A DNA stretch of 63,524 bases, filler included, from Basidiobolus ranarum (GCA_040143965.1; 40 parts of 40 records of this genome joined end to end with filler, not necessarily neighbours in it); one strand, 5' to 3'. Shown: positions 1 to 12,676, counted from the first letter of the whole stretch. Notes: a model not told the origin generated them from the letters alone. Numbers and translations are program-made.

Positions 1-261
1 GAATCCGATGCTTCTCACTCTTCCGATGCTTCTCACTCTTCCGATGCTTCTCACTCTTCCGATGCTACTCACTCTTCCGATGCTTCTCACTCTTCCGATG
101 CTTCTCACTCTACTGAATCTTCTCGTTCTACAGAATCTGCTCATTCCACCACTGGTCACGAAGCCAAACCTACTGATGCTCACAGTGCTTCGGTCCCAAT
201 TTCGATTTCTTCAGTATTTGTAGCCACTCTCTGTGGTATTACCGCTTTATTTAGTCTTTAG
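1..261 (+). CDS. C-terminal fragment of a Ser/His-rich repeat protein with probable GPI-anchor signal
   Basis: Frame 1 is open from base 1: E(SDASHS)x6-like repeats, then TESSRSTESAHSTTGHEAKPTDAHSASVPISISSVFVATLCGITALFSL*, TAG at 259-261. Small residues followed by a hydrophobic tail fit a GPI signal. The ORF track shows a different frame. Confidence 0.75.
   Translation, partial: ESDASHSSDASHSSDASHSSDATHSSDASHSSDASHSTESSRSTESAHSTTGHEAKPTDAHSASVPISISSVFVATLCGITALFSL
4..111 (+). repeat. 18-bp coding tandem repeat (TCCGATGCTTCTCACTCT) x6
   Basis: Six head-to-tail copies with one substitution in copy 4. Confidence 0.97.
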
Positions 262-794
262 AGCCTTAGAAAACAGTTCAGAAAGTTTAGAATAAATATC
301 ATGAATTATTGTACCAGTACTATCCCCCCTCTTTTTATAAGTACAATATAAATAATACCGAGCAGAAATACTGATTGCCATGAAGTTATGCGATTAGCTC
401 AACATTCAGATGTTGGAAATATATTGGTTTCTTTTCTGTTTGTGAACAATGCTAAGGATCCAAATTGAATTTGTGTCGAATATTGGAATGAGCATCATCG
501 GATATGGAAAAAGAAGAAAGGAAGAAGCTTGCTCGATTTGAGACTTTACATCTTCAAATCGGCTCCAGGATCCCATTTGCTCGATTAATCATATTCCCGT
601 TCTGGATTAGGCTTCATTTATCTCAGAAATATTCTGAAATACGGTTGTTCAAGTTGAAACGGTCCAGTGCAGAGTCTTAAAACTGCTTGGGGGATTAAAA
701 GCGCCAAGTGGTATAAACTTTACTTCGTTAAAGCAATCATGTATATGGAGTGATAACAGGGTCATGTTTCCTTGTTGGGATGAAACGTCCAAAG

Positions 795-1498
795 TGTTGA
801 AATTAACATAGCCTAAACATCTATATAGTCATATATAGCTTGGTATTTAGTTATTCTATATTTTACTAAGATGTTACCTACTATTCTCAACAGGAATTTA
901 CTGAGCAGTTTGAAGATATATAGACTTTTCAAACTTGTGCTAGAAGCCCCAAACTATGCACACATGTTCCTGCAGCCTTCCTTAATACATTCTACACGTT
1001 AGTTTGTTTACATCTTGACAAAACTATAAATGTGAACTTTCTACTAAATAAATCAACAAGTGAGAACCACCAATTTCTCTAGTTCTCCAAAACACCTCCA
1101 ATAGGTTTCAGACTGTTTTGCATTAATTTCTGCTCCTACAACAGCTTACCAAAGTCCTTTCTCTTGCAGCAGAATTTTTGTCTTAGCTCTTCAAGCTTGA
1201 TAATTGGCTCCATCTGTTAAAGTATTTGGGAGCCTGTTGGAAGTGATTTAGAGAATTAGAGAAATTGGTGGTTTTCACTTACTGATTGCTTGAGTATAAA
1301 GTTCACATTTATAGTTTTGTCAAGATGCAAACAAACTAACATGAAGAAAGTGTTAAGAAAGGTCCCAGGAGCATATGTGCAAAGTTTGGGGCTTCTAGCA
1401 CAAGTTTGAAATATCTATATATTGAAATTAGCATTGCCTAAACACCTATATAGTCATATAAATCTTAGTTCTTAGTTATCTTATAATTCAATAAGAAT
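795..1498. mobile_element. Cluster of LTR family A copies (795-~1110 +, 1215-1420 -, 1421-1498 +)
   Basis: Family termini are TGTTGAAATTAG...TACTTTAACA (TG..CA). The family recurs at 5448-5716, 6147, 7749-7889, 15966-16035, 23654-23832, 44800-45690, 49831, ~54600-54990 and 63415-63524. No PBS or PPT was seen next to any copy. Confidence 0.8.
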
Positions 1499-1598
1499 NN
1501 NNNNNNNNNNNNNNNNNNNNNNNNNNNNNNNNNNNNNNNNNNTTAATTAATTAANNNNNNNNNNNNNNNNNNNNNNNNNNNNNNNNNNNNNNNNNNNN
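1499..1598. other. Artificial contig linker N44-TTAATTAATTAA-N44 (first of 39; last at 61941-62040)
   Basis: The same 100-bp spacer recurs every ~1.59 kb. The palindromic 12-mer has stops in all six frames. Intervening contig lengths fall monotonically from 1498 to 1484 bp. Confidence 0.99.
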
Positions 1599-2202
1599 CT
1601 TCAAGAGGAGCAAAATGACCAACTCAGTGCAGAGGTTCAAGCAAAGATCCTTCCGTGGATATATCAAGGAGACAACAAAAGTAACAGAAGCAAATCAGCA
1701 TGTACTGCATCAAACCTCGGCAACTGCTGAAGACTCTTGTTAATAATTACATTATCCTATCTTTACTGTTTAGCGCATCATGCAAAATTGATATGGATCA
1801 CAGTTAAATATAGCATTGGATCACAACTGCTTATATCTTTATAAAACACTGAGAGTGTGAAATTGTCATATATCAAAAAAATCAATGATAGCCTATTAAT
1901 ACAGCAACTTCACTACAATTAAATGAAAAATGTCTGTCAATAAAAAGCTTGTGCAGCCGTATTGGCTCAATATGGCACAATATGGTTTAATCCATTCACA
2001 TTCTGACCCATTAGAAGCATACATGATTGAATGAATAATTTGCTGATCTAAAAATGATGAATCAAGCAACCAACAGGCTGGAGCAAGCAGCATAATCTGA
2101 CCTGGTCTGATGAAACAAGTCTTATAATACAGCAGAGTCTAATTCTCAAATCCAAATCTTGTCCAAAACACTTCAAACTCCCCTAAACACTATTATTGGG
2201 CT

Positions 2203-2979
2203 GTGACTCTCAAGCTAGCTGTTAAAGATATGTCTACCAGTATAATTACTAATGTTTTTGCATCCACAGAGGAGTTTCACAGTCAAGACTTGCACGGTTG
2301 GAAGTTCAAGAAGAACTTGGTGCTAGAAGAGAAGGACCTTTGGGAATTTGTTATGCAAGAAGCTAAGGAAAGTATTCTTTACACTTTGTGTACATCTAAG
2401 AGACTCTTGATTAAGAAACACACACTCCACCAAAAGTGTCCAAACTGCTTGAAAAACACTTGACAGAGTATACAAGACTAACAATCTGTCAGATAGCCTA
2501 TATCTTAGCAAATGTTTCAATTAATTTAGATGAAATTTGATAATTTCATGGCTACTCTTATTAAGTGGATTAAAGCTACAAGTGGATCAGCCCTCATGCT
2601 TTGTAGCACCTCTAAATGGGGATGACTTGGTCATGACACTACTTAGGAGTTTGCCAGACAAGTTGGAGAACCTCATAATTTCCCTAAAATTAACATCAGA
2701 GTCATTAGCAAGGGAATATGCTAGTGCTAGGCTTTTGAATGAGGAATTGAGAGGATGTAATTTTAACAAAAAAATGCAGATCAAGCATTTGTTGGACCAG
2801 TGAATTTTCCACAGTCCTAAATAATGGTGTCTCTAATGGGAAATCAATCATCTGAAACTATTGCAAAGAACCAGGCTATTTAATCAAAGATTGCTGCAAA
2901 ACAATTTTTGCCAAAATGCAAAAATGGAACAAGCAAATCAAGTAAGTACTTATCTATTTTTGTTAGTCCTAGCAGTAAC
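2203..2979 (+). pseudogene. Decayed Ty1/Copia gag
   Basis: DLHGWKFKKNLVLEEKDLWEFV (Copia gag N-terminus), LLRSLPDKLENLIISL and a zinc-knuckle remnant, with multiple stops and frameshifts. Confidence 0.85.
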
Positions 2980-3096
2980 TGTTGAAGGATCTTGACATAA
3001 TGGGGGTAGACTTTGTGTATTAGAAGCAACTTATGATAGTGTGTTTTAGTTACTTTATTCTTAAGAGTATATGGTGACTTATATAGTAGAAAAGTA
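2980..3096 (-). mobile_element. LTR family B, partial
   Basis: Matches the 5131 end of the 5131-5447 LTR. Confidence 0.85.
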
Positions 3097-3196
3097 NNNN
3101 NNNNNNNNNNNNNNNNNNNNNNNNNNNNNNNNNNNNNNNNTTAATTAATTAANNNNNNNNNNNNNNNNNNNNNNNNNNNNNNNNNNNNNNNNNNNN

Positions 3197-3486
3197 CATT
3201 TAAGGTTTATTGAATTGAATATATCCTATATATAGTTTAGAATGAAATATAACTATTGGATGTGCTTAGATCATAACAAACATGCCTGTTAAGCAGGGGT
3301 AAAATTTGAGATGCTTTGGAGAAGTTTTGAGAAAAAAGTGAAAATTGACAAAAGTGATCTAATTGATAGAAATATCTATTAGAACAATAAACACACATTT
3401 TGGAATGGCAGAACTGAGTGCTAAATAAGTAGATTATCAATCAACTAACTACTAAATAATGAGTTGCTATTTACCTAATTTCAACA
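3197..3486 (-). mobile_element. LTR-like family F, partial (also ~10790-11081 and ~2135-2190)
   Basis: Dispersed homology between contigs. The terminus is TGTTGAAATTAGG on the minus strand at 3486. Confidence 0.65.
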
Positions 3487-3489
3487 GTT

Positions 3490-4694
3490 TTTAGATTATG
3501 AAATATAACTCTAATATTCTTCAAATACAATAATTGAACATATTTGCATTTATCCTAAGTCTGTAAATAACTTTCTTAACTACATAGATTCTGGTGTAGT
3601 AGTAGAGGCAGCCATATACCCTGCTTCTGTAGTGGAAAGTGCTTTAGTTGGTTGTTTCTTGCTGTTTCAAGTTATGGCACCATTACCATAGAGAAAAGTG
3701 TACCCAGTTAGTGCTCTTATATCATCATGGTTTCTTCCCCAGTCAGCATGACTGTAACCTTCAAATATCTGTTCATCGGGAGTGCCAGAGTATTCCAGAG
3801 CTAGATTTATAGGTCCTAATAATTACTTGAATATTTGCCCTACTGCAGATTTGTGCTCATATCCTGGATTTTTGAGAGACTGGTGTGCAGTTATCACTAC
3901 CAAAACAATGTCTTGATATCTTGGAGCACCCAACTTTGATTCAAGTCATTTTGGGACAAATTGGATAAAATTTTGATTAATTTCCCATTGGGATGCAATG
4001 GTGTTGATACAGGCTTGCCATTCTCAGTGTTGAAGCATTTTAGGAAGTTAGGGATATATTTAGACTGATTTAGCATGATCTTCTGACTAGGCTCATGTCT
4101 CTGGATTTGGATTCCAAGAAAATAATTTAATTTACCCTTATCAGTCATCTGACAATGATTTGATAAGCTGCTTTTGGTCTGGTTAAGTGCTTCTATATGA
4201 TTTGTGGCTATGATTAAGTCATCCACATATAATTCCAAGAAAAGGATACTATTTCTGGTTGCTTTGATGTTAGTACTGTGATCTGCTAGCCATTTTAAAG
4301 ATCTGGTGATTTCAAAGAGGTATCTATCTTGTTGTTCCATTCACTAGGTGCTTTATTGAATCTATATAGAAATACTTGCAATTTACACACTATATTTGAG
4401 TGTATTGGGTCAACAAATTGATCTGGTTTGTCCATACAGATCTCTTCTTCATGATTTACATTCAGAAAGGCTGGTTCTACATCCATTTTTTTGCAAATCA
4501 AAGTTTTGCATGGCTGAAAGTACCAGGTTTGATCAAATAGAGCTAAATGTAGCTACTGGAGTAAATGTTTTTTTAAAATCCACACCTGGAGTCAGGGAAT
4601 AACCTTTGGCACCTAGTCTTACCTTGTACTTGTGTATAGGTCCCTCAGCTTAGTCTTTACTTTGCAGATCCATTTGCAACCAATTGGCTTTCTT
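3490..4694 (-). pseudogene. Decayed Ty1/Copia reverse transcriptase-RNase H
   Basis: MDVEPAFLN, LYVDDLII, YFLGIQI and KQPTKALSTTEAGY motifs across frameshifts. Confidence 0.93.
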
Positions 4695-4794
4695 NNNNNN
4701 NNNNNNNNNNNNNNNNNNNNNNNNNNNNNNNNNNNNNNTTAATTAATTAANNNNNNNNNNNNNNNNNNNNNNNNNNNNNNNNNNNNNNNNNNNN

Positions 4795-5132
4795 TTTCCC
4801 ATGCATTCTTGGCAGAGTCAGCATCTCTGACTAGCATAAGTTGTTGTGATCCCAGTCTTAGACATATTTCCCTAAATGCCAATCTGTCTTTTTCTTTGAA
4901 GGCTGTCCTGGCTTCTTTACATGTTGGCTTCTTTGTTTCAGTGTCAGAATCTGTACTTTCTTCTTTAGAAGTTTCTTCTTCTTGATCTGGTGGAACTACT
5001 TCCCAGACATGTTTCCCTTCAACCACAAGTTGCATCTTGAATTTCCATTCATGGAAATCTTCCCTATTGAATGTTGGAATGTTAGTAATCTCCTTTTGGG
5101 AAGAAGACTCTAATTCACTTGCTGCTACCATG
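4795..5132 (-). mobile_element. Copia family B gag N-terminus
   Basis: IPTFNREDFHEWKFKMQLVVEGKHVWEVV...DADSAKNAWE, directly downstream of the LTR and PBS. Confidence 0.9.
5121..5130 (-). promoter_or_regulatory. Primer-binding site TGGTAGCAGC (initiator-Met tRNA type)
   Basis: Immediately follows the LTR end ...CTCCAACA. It begins TGGTAGC, as iMet PBSs do. Confidence 0.75.
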
Positions 5133-5447
5133 TTGGAGGATCTTGACATAATGGGGATAGACTTTGAGTATTAGAAGCAACTTATGATAGTATGCTTTAG
5201 GTAGTTTATTCTTAAGAGTATATGGTGACTTATATAGTAGGAAAGTAAATCAATTGTTTGAGATATTCAGGAGTTTGTGTAATAAGATATAATAGATAAG
5301 TGGGGATAATAAGACATACTTGTTATATAGATATAGTGATATTCCTATTTAGAATATAGGGGCTATAGATACGTTGCTTTCTGTTTCTGATATATGTATC
5401 ATAACTAAAGTTAACTATGATGTTGAATAAAGATTAATAATTCAACA
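5131..5447 (-). mobile_element. Complete 5' LTR of Copia family B (317 bp), inserted into an LTR-A copy
   Basis: TGTTG...CAACA termini, followed by PBS and gag. LTR-A sequence resumes at 5448. Confidence 0.92.
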
Positions 5448-6176
5448 CCCATTATTCTCAATTGGAATTTTTTCTTAGAGTATTTTGACCAACATATAAG
5501 TTCCCAAATATATAAATTTTCCAAACTTGTGCTAGAAACCCCAAAATATGCACATATGTTCCTGGAACCTTTCTTAACATATTCTTCATGTTAGTTTGTT
5601 TACATCTTGACAAAACTCCAAATGTAAAATTTCTACTCAATAAATCATCAAGTGAAAAACCACCAATTTCTCTATTTCTCCAAACCACTTCTAACAGGCT
5701 CTCAAATACTTTAACAGGCCCAACAGTTCCTGAATAATAAAGCACCAGTAGTTTTAGCATGCTGGTGGCATATCACAGCACTTTTTGATGGATTGACCAG
5801 TAGTAGGAAAATCTTGATCAGGACCACTATAGCATCATTTTCACACCAGCAAATTGTTTATAAAATCATGCAAGCTCTTATTGGGTGAAAAATGAACAAA
5901 TGGAGCCAAATCAAGTTAATAAAACTTCTTGTGTTTTTCATTGACAGACATTTTCATTTATTTATAGTACATGTCCTTGAATTAACAGGATAACATTGCA
6001 TTTTTTTGAAAGATGTGAACTTTACACTATCAAAATCTTACAAGAATATCAGCAATTGTGATCAAACTAATGCAGCTTATGCTGTATTTAAATACAAACA
6101 ATTTCAATTATGAATGATGCTCCAGACAGTAAAGATAGGATATTGCTGTTGAAATTAGCTTTGCTTAAACATAATA

Positions 6177-6292
6177 GTGTTCCTACTAAGCCTACTCTTG
6201 TTTGGTCCGAGGGGTAGCGATGGGGATGTAACTGGATGATGAGCTTGACTTGGTTAATAAAACCACGATAGTTTTGGTGAGTGCCATCAAAC
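6177..6292 (-). mobile_element. Ty3/Gypsy (Tf1/sushi-like) gag fragment
   Basis: Minus-strand translation FDGTHQNYRGFINQVKLIIQLHPHRYPSDQTRVGLVGTL. Confidence 0.7.
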
Positions 6293-7989
6293 NNNNNNNN
6301 NNNNNNNNNNNNNNNNNNNNNNNNNNNNNNNNNNNNTTAATTAATTAANNNNNNNNNNNNNNNNNNNNNNNNNNNNNNNNNNNNNNNNNNNNTGGAAGCT
6401 CCTGCCCAATGCTAACCGGATGCTACAGATACGTACAAGCTTAGAGCATTATTCAAGTTAATTGTGGATGTGACATAGGCAGGCCGCAGATAATATTCAA
6501 ATGTGTTATTGAATCTATTGATGGCGCATTACAATTGAGAATCACTTGGTGGATTAAAAATATAAACCTACGGGTTGTAATGGTGGAAAAATATGTAGAA
6601 TTACGATTGCGAGTGAGAATGCAAACAGAAACAGCGAAAGTCATTACATATAAGATGCAATAGTATTCTCCAGTGATAGATGATCATTGACGTGATCGAG
6701 TCAAATTACCTAGGATTAGGAGTAAATGGTGTGTTCAAGGTCAATGTAGAAGTGGAGGTGTCATTATGCAGAAATCTATCATTATTTAGAAAACCATAAT
6801 ATTAAGTACCTGAACCATACATTCAGAAGCATACTGCCACGTACTTCAGGTTTGAATTAATCGTGAATAAGTTGATCTGGGAAAGCGCTGCATCTCAACT
6901 CTAGCACGATACTCCTATGCTATGAACCCTTTACTTGTACTGAGCAGGGTTCCTTAGATAGGTGTAATTTGGAGCTTTTATTCTCTAGTTAATTCCCTGA
7001 TAACTTTCTTTGATTGTGCAACTGTTATTAGGCTGAGCAGGGCAATGTTGAGTTACATTTTTATTTGGAGTACTAAAAGCTTGGAACTCATCTATTCATG
7101 AAATGAACCAATTCCAATACTTTTTAACTTCCGTATAAATTTCACTAACTGACTTTGGATTAATATGTATGTAATATATTTCTATCCTACACTTTAGTCA
7201 TAGTTTATCCAATGATCATTTGGTTGTAAATCCTAAAATATTGGTCTTTGAGATCTTTTGCGGTGAAGAAAACTCACCTGATAAAGCTTGAGAAGAATTC
7301 AAGGTTAGTCTTGAAGAATATATGCATATGTTCACTCTTTATAAATGATACAATCCTACATATACGTCCTAAAATAAAGGTCTCATACATTTTATCAATA
7401 AATGTCAATAATTATTTTTCTGTCTGGGAAGCTCATTGAACCTGATGTTTGTTTTCATACAAACATTCTCCAAGATCACTGATACATAGAAGACCCTTTG
7501 CCATTAGCCATACATATAACTCAAACACCATCCCATGTATTGCAATCTTGGGAGGTCCTTTAATATAAGCATAGATCAAGAGTAACATCAGTATTGCTAA
7601 AAATGCTAATTGATGGTGCAATTGCTGAAAGAATCATAGCCTAAGCTTCTATATAGTCATACATGGCTTAGTTTTTAGTTATTCCATATTGCACTAAGAT
7701 ATCATCTACTATTCTCAAACCAAATATACCTGCAGTGTATTTACTAACTGTTGAAATTAGCTTTGCCTAAACACCTATATAGTCATATATAGCTTAGTAC
7801 TTGGTTATTTTATAATTCACTAAGATATTATCCATTATTCTCAATCAGAATTTACTTAGAATATTTTTACCAACTTAGAAGTTCTCAGANNNNNNNNNNN
7901 NNNNNNNNNNNNNNNNNNNNNNNNNNNNNNNNNTTAATTAATTAANNNNNNNNNNNNNNNNNNNNNNNNNNNNNNNNNNNNNNNNNNNN

Positions 7990-9374
7990 ACTATCCAATA
8001 TGAGCAAGAAACTTGATCATCTCACTTTGAAGATTGAGAGCAAGTCCTATTAAGGAGGAGCCTATCAATCCTCCTACCCATCTAGTTGTGTAAGGTGCAA
8101 CTCAACCAAGCACTCCAACAAGGACTGTCCTGAATTGAATGCACTACTTGACAAATTAGAGCTCCAATTGAACTCAAGAGGGTTTAAACTTGATTACAAT
8201 GGCAGAAATGTCAGGTCAAACTTTGGAAGAGGATTTATGAAAGCAACTTACCACCCACCAGTTAACAACACCAGAAGAATAACTGTTGAAGACCCTGACC
8301 AGAACACACAGCACTTTGCTGTTGACAAACACCGGAACCAAACATTGGAATCTGACAATGAAGATGATTTTTGTCACTTAGCTGAAGCTTACACAACAAA
8401 GAGAGTTCTCCACCTGAGGATCTAAGACCTACTGGTATATAAAATGCAAGATTTTCTGAGCCAGAGGTTGTTATTGAGAACTTTCCAAAACAACATCAAG
8501 AACCACTGAAGGTGGGCCTCAATAGCCTAACTATCAGATGCAATCCAAGATTAGCAAGAAGGCAGATCCTGAGACACTGACTGCAAGGATCTCAGACTTT
8601 TGCCTCTCTGTAACAATTGGGGAACTTGTGATGTTTGACCTACTGTCAGAAAGAATCTCAATGACAACATATGTACTAAGAGACAACCTATAGAACAACC
8701 TTCAGCAAGATTTATACAGACAACTCATGATGAACCACTTCCTAAGATGAACAAGGAAACACCTACATTCACATACTGCTCAGTGGCCACAGCCATAGCT
8801 AGTGGGACTACTCATGGAGACCTTATACAATGGCATATTGTTAGTGGGTCAGAGATTTGGGTGATGCCAATGGACTTCTATAAGTCATTTTCATGCAAAC
8901 ACTTGCTCCCAATGGATACTGACATACACTAGAACATGCATGATGCCAACACTAGAGTTTTTTCACTTTTAGGAGTCATTCATGCATTTCCCATCAACAT
9001 ACAAGGAGTAGAGCACACTGTACCTGTCTTCATCTGCCAAAAAGCAAACTTCAACCTACTACTTGAAAGACCTTGGGAAACAAGAGCACAAAAAATGGTT
9101 ATGAATTACCCTGATGGATCTGTTTGGTACACCATTTGCGGAAGTAACCCAGGACTACTTGCCAACTTTTGTGGAGCACCAGCCACTGACCATAGAACTC
9201 AAACTGAATGCGGAAGCACCATTAAAAAAGATACTCACTACCAAATATATTATACATCTGACTCAAACCTAGCTTGGGGAGCTGCTTTAGGACCTAAAGT
9301 ACATGAAGCCATTGTCAGGACCAAGTACAAGATAGTTGCTACTAAAGTAAAACCTTCACTTGAACCACTCACTG
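7990..9374 (+). pseudogene. Decayed Ty3/Gypsy gag zinc knuckle and aspartic protease
   Basis: CVRCNSTKHSNKDC (CX2CX4HX4C) from 8087. IVSGSEIWVM is a degenerate DSGS site and FNLLLERPW corresponds to LLGRPW. Confidence 0.8.
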
Positions 9375-9485
9375 TGTCATGATTCTGATCTCAGCATACT
9401 GATTCACTGCATATGGAACTCTTCTATTATTAGATTATGACATCATATCTATTGTGCCATCCCTTCTCAGCAATCTGGTGTCAGT
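9375..9485 (+). mobile_element. LTR family E, 5' end (TGTCATG...TGTGACA, ~540 bp family)
   Basis: Same family at 33252-33380, 35071-35557, 47775-48042, 54994-~55385, ~55857-56170 (-) and 56922-~57085 (-). Confidence 0.85.
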
Positions 9486-9585
9486 NNNNNNNNNNNNNNN
9501 NNNNNNNNNNNNNNNNNNNNNNNNNNNNNTTAATTAATTAANNNNNNNNNNNNNNNNNNNNNNNNNNNNNNNNNNNNNNNNNNNN

Positions 9586-10780
9586 GCACAACTATGCTCT
9601 TACCAACTGCATCTAGGGCATAGTCATCACCTAAGTAGCCTTTCCTTGTTTTGATGGGTTTTAAGCAGGAGCACCAATCTGTTTTGCTTGACATATGATG
9701 GGAAGCTCCTTGATCATTATACTATGCTTCTGAGTCTTCTATATTGGTTACTGATAGGGCATACACAAGAAGATGAAACCTATCAGTGCTACTTGAATTG
9801 TTGGTTGCATTATTAGCTTTTTGGCAAAATTCTTTTTTCCACAATCTCTGATTATATGGCCTGGTTTCTTGCAGCACTTGCAGATGATTGATTTTCTATT
9901 AGGGGCACCATTTTAAAGCCTGTCGGATGTTTTATAGCACCTCTAAATGCCAGATATGCATGAATTTGTGGAGATTTGGATCTCATTAAATCCTGATTCA
10001 AAAGCCCAGCACCAAGATTTTCCAATGTTAATGAACTGATCTTGGTATTTGGGCAATTATGAGATTCCCAAACCTTTCTGGCAGACTCCCAAGTAGAGTG
10101 ATAACTAAGCCATCCTGAATTTAGAGGTGCTCTAAAGGATGACAGCTGATCTGCCATAGACTCTATCTGATTCATAAGATAAAGCACAGATCATCAGAAT
10201 TCATATGAATTGAAAATAATTTTCACCTAAGACATAGCCTGATAGCCAAAATTTGGCAATATGTTGTGTAACCAAAGATCCTGAGATGAACCACACTTGG
10301 TTTTGATCTATGTAGGGCTTAAAATGGAGTAGAATTTGGTAGCAATCTTGTTGGGCATTGGTTTTGAATATAGACTGCATTGGAGAGAGATTCAAACCAA
10401 AATTTCTAATCTAACTCTTGAATATGTACCATTGATCTTGTCCTCACCACTATGATTCTATTGGCAAGTTCTGCAACTCCATTTTGCTCAAGAGTATCAG
10501 GTAGAGTAGTTTGTTGCTTAACTTCATATTTAGAACAAATAAAATCAAAGTCTTGAGAGCAGTATTCTCCACTTTTATCACTCCTTATTAACCTTATTTT
10601 TTGTATGCATTCTTTCTCCCCCACTGCTCTGTAAAGCTTGAATGTAGCTACAGCTTCAGATTTTGATTTGAGAATGAATGTACCAGTAAGTCTTGTTTTG
10701 TCTTCAATAGAGGATATAAAGTACCTTTTGCTACCTATTGAGACATTCTTCATGGACTCACATAGGTCCAAATGAACTAA
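9586..10780 (-). pseudogene. Copia gag/protease and integrase fragments, rearranged
   Basis: Integrase motifs IRSDKSGEY and EQNGVAELANR (10406-10771). Gag and protease remnants lie at 9586-10200. Confidence 0.88.
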
Positions 10781-11181
10781 GGTAAAATATGGAGTGGATT
10801 TTGATAAAAGTGTTTAGGGGATTTGGAAATGTTTTGGACAAAATTAGGATTTGTGAATTAGACACTTAGGTTTCATTCAATTGAATCTGTCCTATTTATA
10901 GTTTACTATGAAATAGGACTATTGGACATGCTTAGATCATAGCAAACATGCCTGTTCAGCATGGGTGAAAATTTGCAGTGATTTGGAGAAGTTTTGAGAA
11001 AATAGTGAAAATTGGTAAAAGTGATCTAATTGATATTTCTATCAATTAGAGCAATAAACACACATTTTTGAATAACAGAGTNNNNNNNNNNNNNNNNNNN
11101 NNNNNNNNNNNNNNNNNNNNNNNNNTTAATTAATTAANNNNNNNNNNNNNNNNNNNNNNNNNNNNNNNNNNNNNNNNNNNN

Positions 11182-12676
11182 TGAGTTTTGAGCACAGTAG
11201 CTAATTGGGGACTATTCAGATCTGTCAAAGTGCATACAGCCTTGCTGATCATGAAACTTAGTCCTTGAGTTGTTGCTTGGCTAAATGAGAGTAAATTCTT
11301 GGCCATAGTAGGTACATAGAGCACATTATCCAATTCAGCAGATAGTGTAGCTGAATTTTGGGCTAAATTGAGCACAACTGAGCCCTTACCAACTGCATCT
11401 GGTGCATGGGCATCACCAAAGCAGACTTTCCTCACTTGGCTGGGTTTTAAGCAAGAAAACCAATCTTTCATGTGTGACATATACTAGTTTGCACTTGAAT
11501 CAATGCACTGTGTTTCTGAGTCTTTTCTAGTGGTTACTGATTGGAAAGACAAAAACCAATGATACCTATCAGTGCTTACTTGATTTGCCTGTTCTGATTT
11601 CAGCTCTTTGACAAAAATACTTTTTCTGCAATCTTTGATTAAATGGCCTGGTCCCATGCAATTCCTGCAGATAATTGATTTCCTATTTGAGGGTGCCATT
11701 ATTGCAGCATGTTGGACTTTTACAGCCCTGAAAAATGCCTGAGCCTCATTATTTTAGTGCGAATTAGATCTCTTTAATTTCTTGTTCAAAAGCCTATTGC
11801 CTACATATTTCATTGGTAATGGCTCTGATCTTGATCCCAGGGCAAATATAACATTCCCAAACCTGTCTGGCAGGCTCCCAAGTAGTGCCAGGACTAAGTC
11901 AACTTCATTTAAAGGTGCTACAATGTATGAGAGTAGACCTTCCATAGGCTTTATCTGATTTTTATGATTAGAAATGAACTTATCAAAATTCATCCAAATC
12001 AAGAATAATTTTCATCCATTGGAGCCCCTCTAAATGTAGAAGATATCTATTAGAGTCTTTCCAATCAGTAACCACTAGAAAAGTCTCAGAAACACAGTAC
12101 ATTGATTCAAGAGCAAACTAGCATATGTCAAATATGAAAGATTGGTTATCCTGCTTAAAACTCATACAAGTGAGGAAAGTCTACTTTGGTGATGCCCATG
12201 CACCAGATGCAGTTGGTAAGGGCTCAGTTGTGCTCAATTTAGACCAAAATTCAGCTACACTATCTGCTAAATTGGATAATGTGCTCTATGACCCCACTAT
12301 TGACAAGAATTTACTCTCATTTAGCCAAGCAACAACTCAAGGACTAAGCTTCATGATCAGCAAGGCTGTATGCACTATGACAGATCTGAATAGTACCCAA
12401 TTAGCTACTGGGCTCAAAACTCAAAATCTGTGGCAGCTACAACTCAACAAGTTGCATTCTGAGCATTCAAATATGGCCAAAACAAGTGAAATTAGCTGTC
12501 AACATGGTATAGAAGATTATACCACATTGGGTAATAAAAGCTGACCCAAATGACTCAACATCAGCATATTTTGGGGTTAGATATTGAAACTATTACCAAA
12601 TTGGATTTGTGCGAAGGTTGCAAGAAAGATTGGTTTTCCAGCCTAACACCCAATCAAACAAAGAAAGTCTGCTCAG
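11182..12676. pseudogene. Copia gag-protease region with an internal inverted duplication (11182-11550 / 12055-12423)
   Basis: CRNCMGPGHLIKDC knuckle and IDSSAN protease site. VCFGD..DAVGKGSV..LDNVLYVP is present on both strands. Confidence 0.9.

Noticed and set aside
8-223. ORF-track protein (MLLTLP)n
   Set aside because: This is a shadow frame of the 18-bp repeat. Frame 1 gives a coherent Ser-rich protein with a GPI-like tail.
5448-6172. LTR-A / 430 bp / LTR-A as a TRIM
   Set aside because: No PBS or abutting PPT was found. The homologous internal sequence at ~1750-1960 is not flanked by LTR-A.
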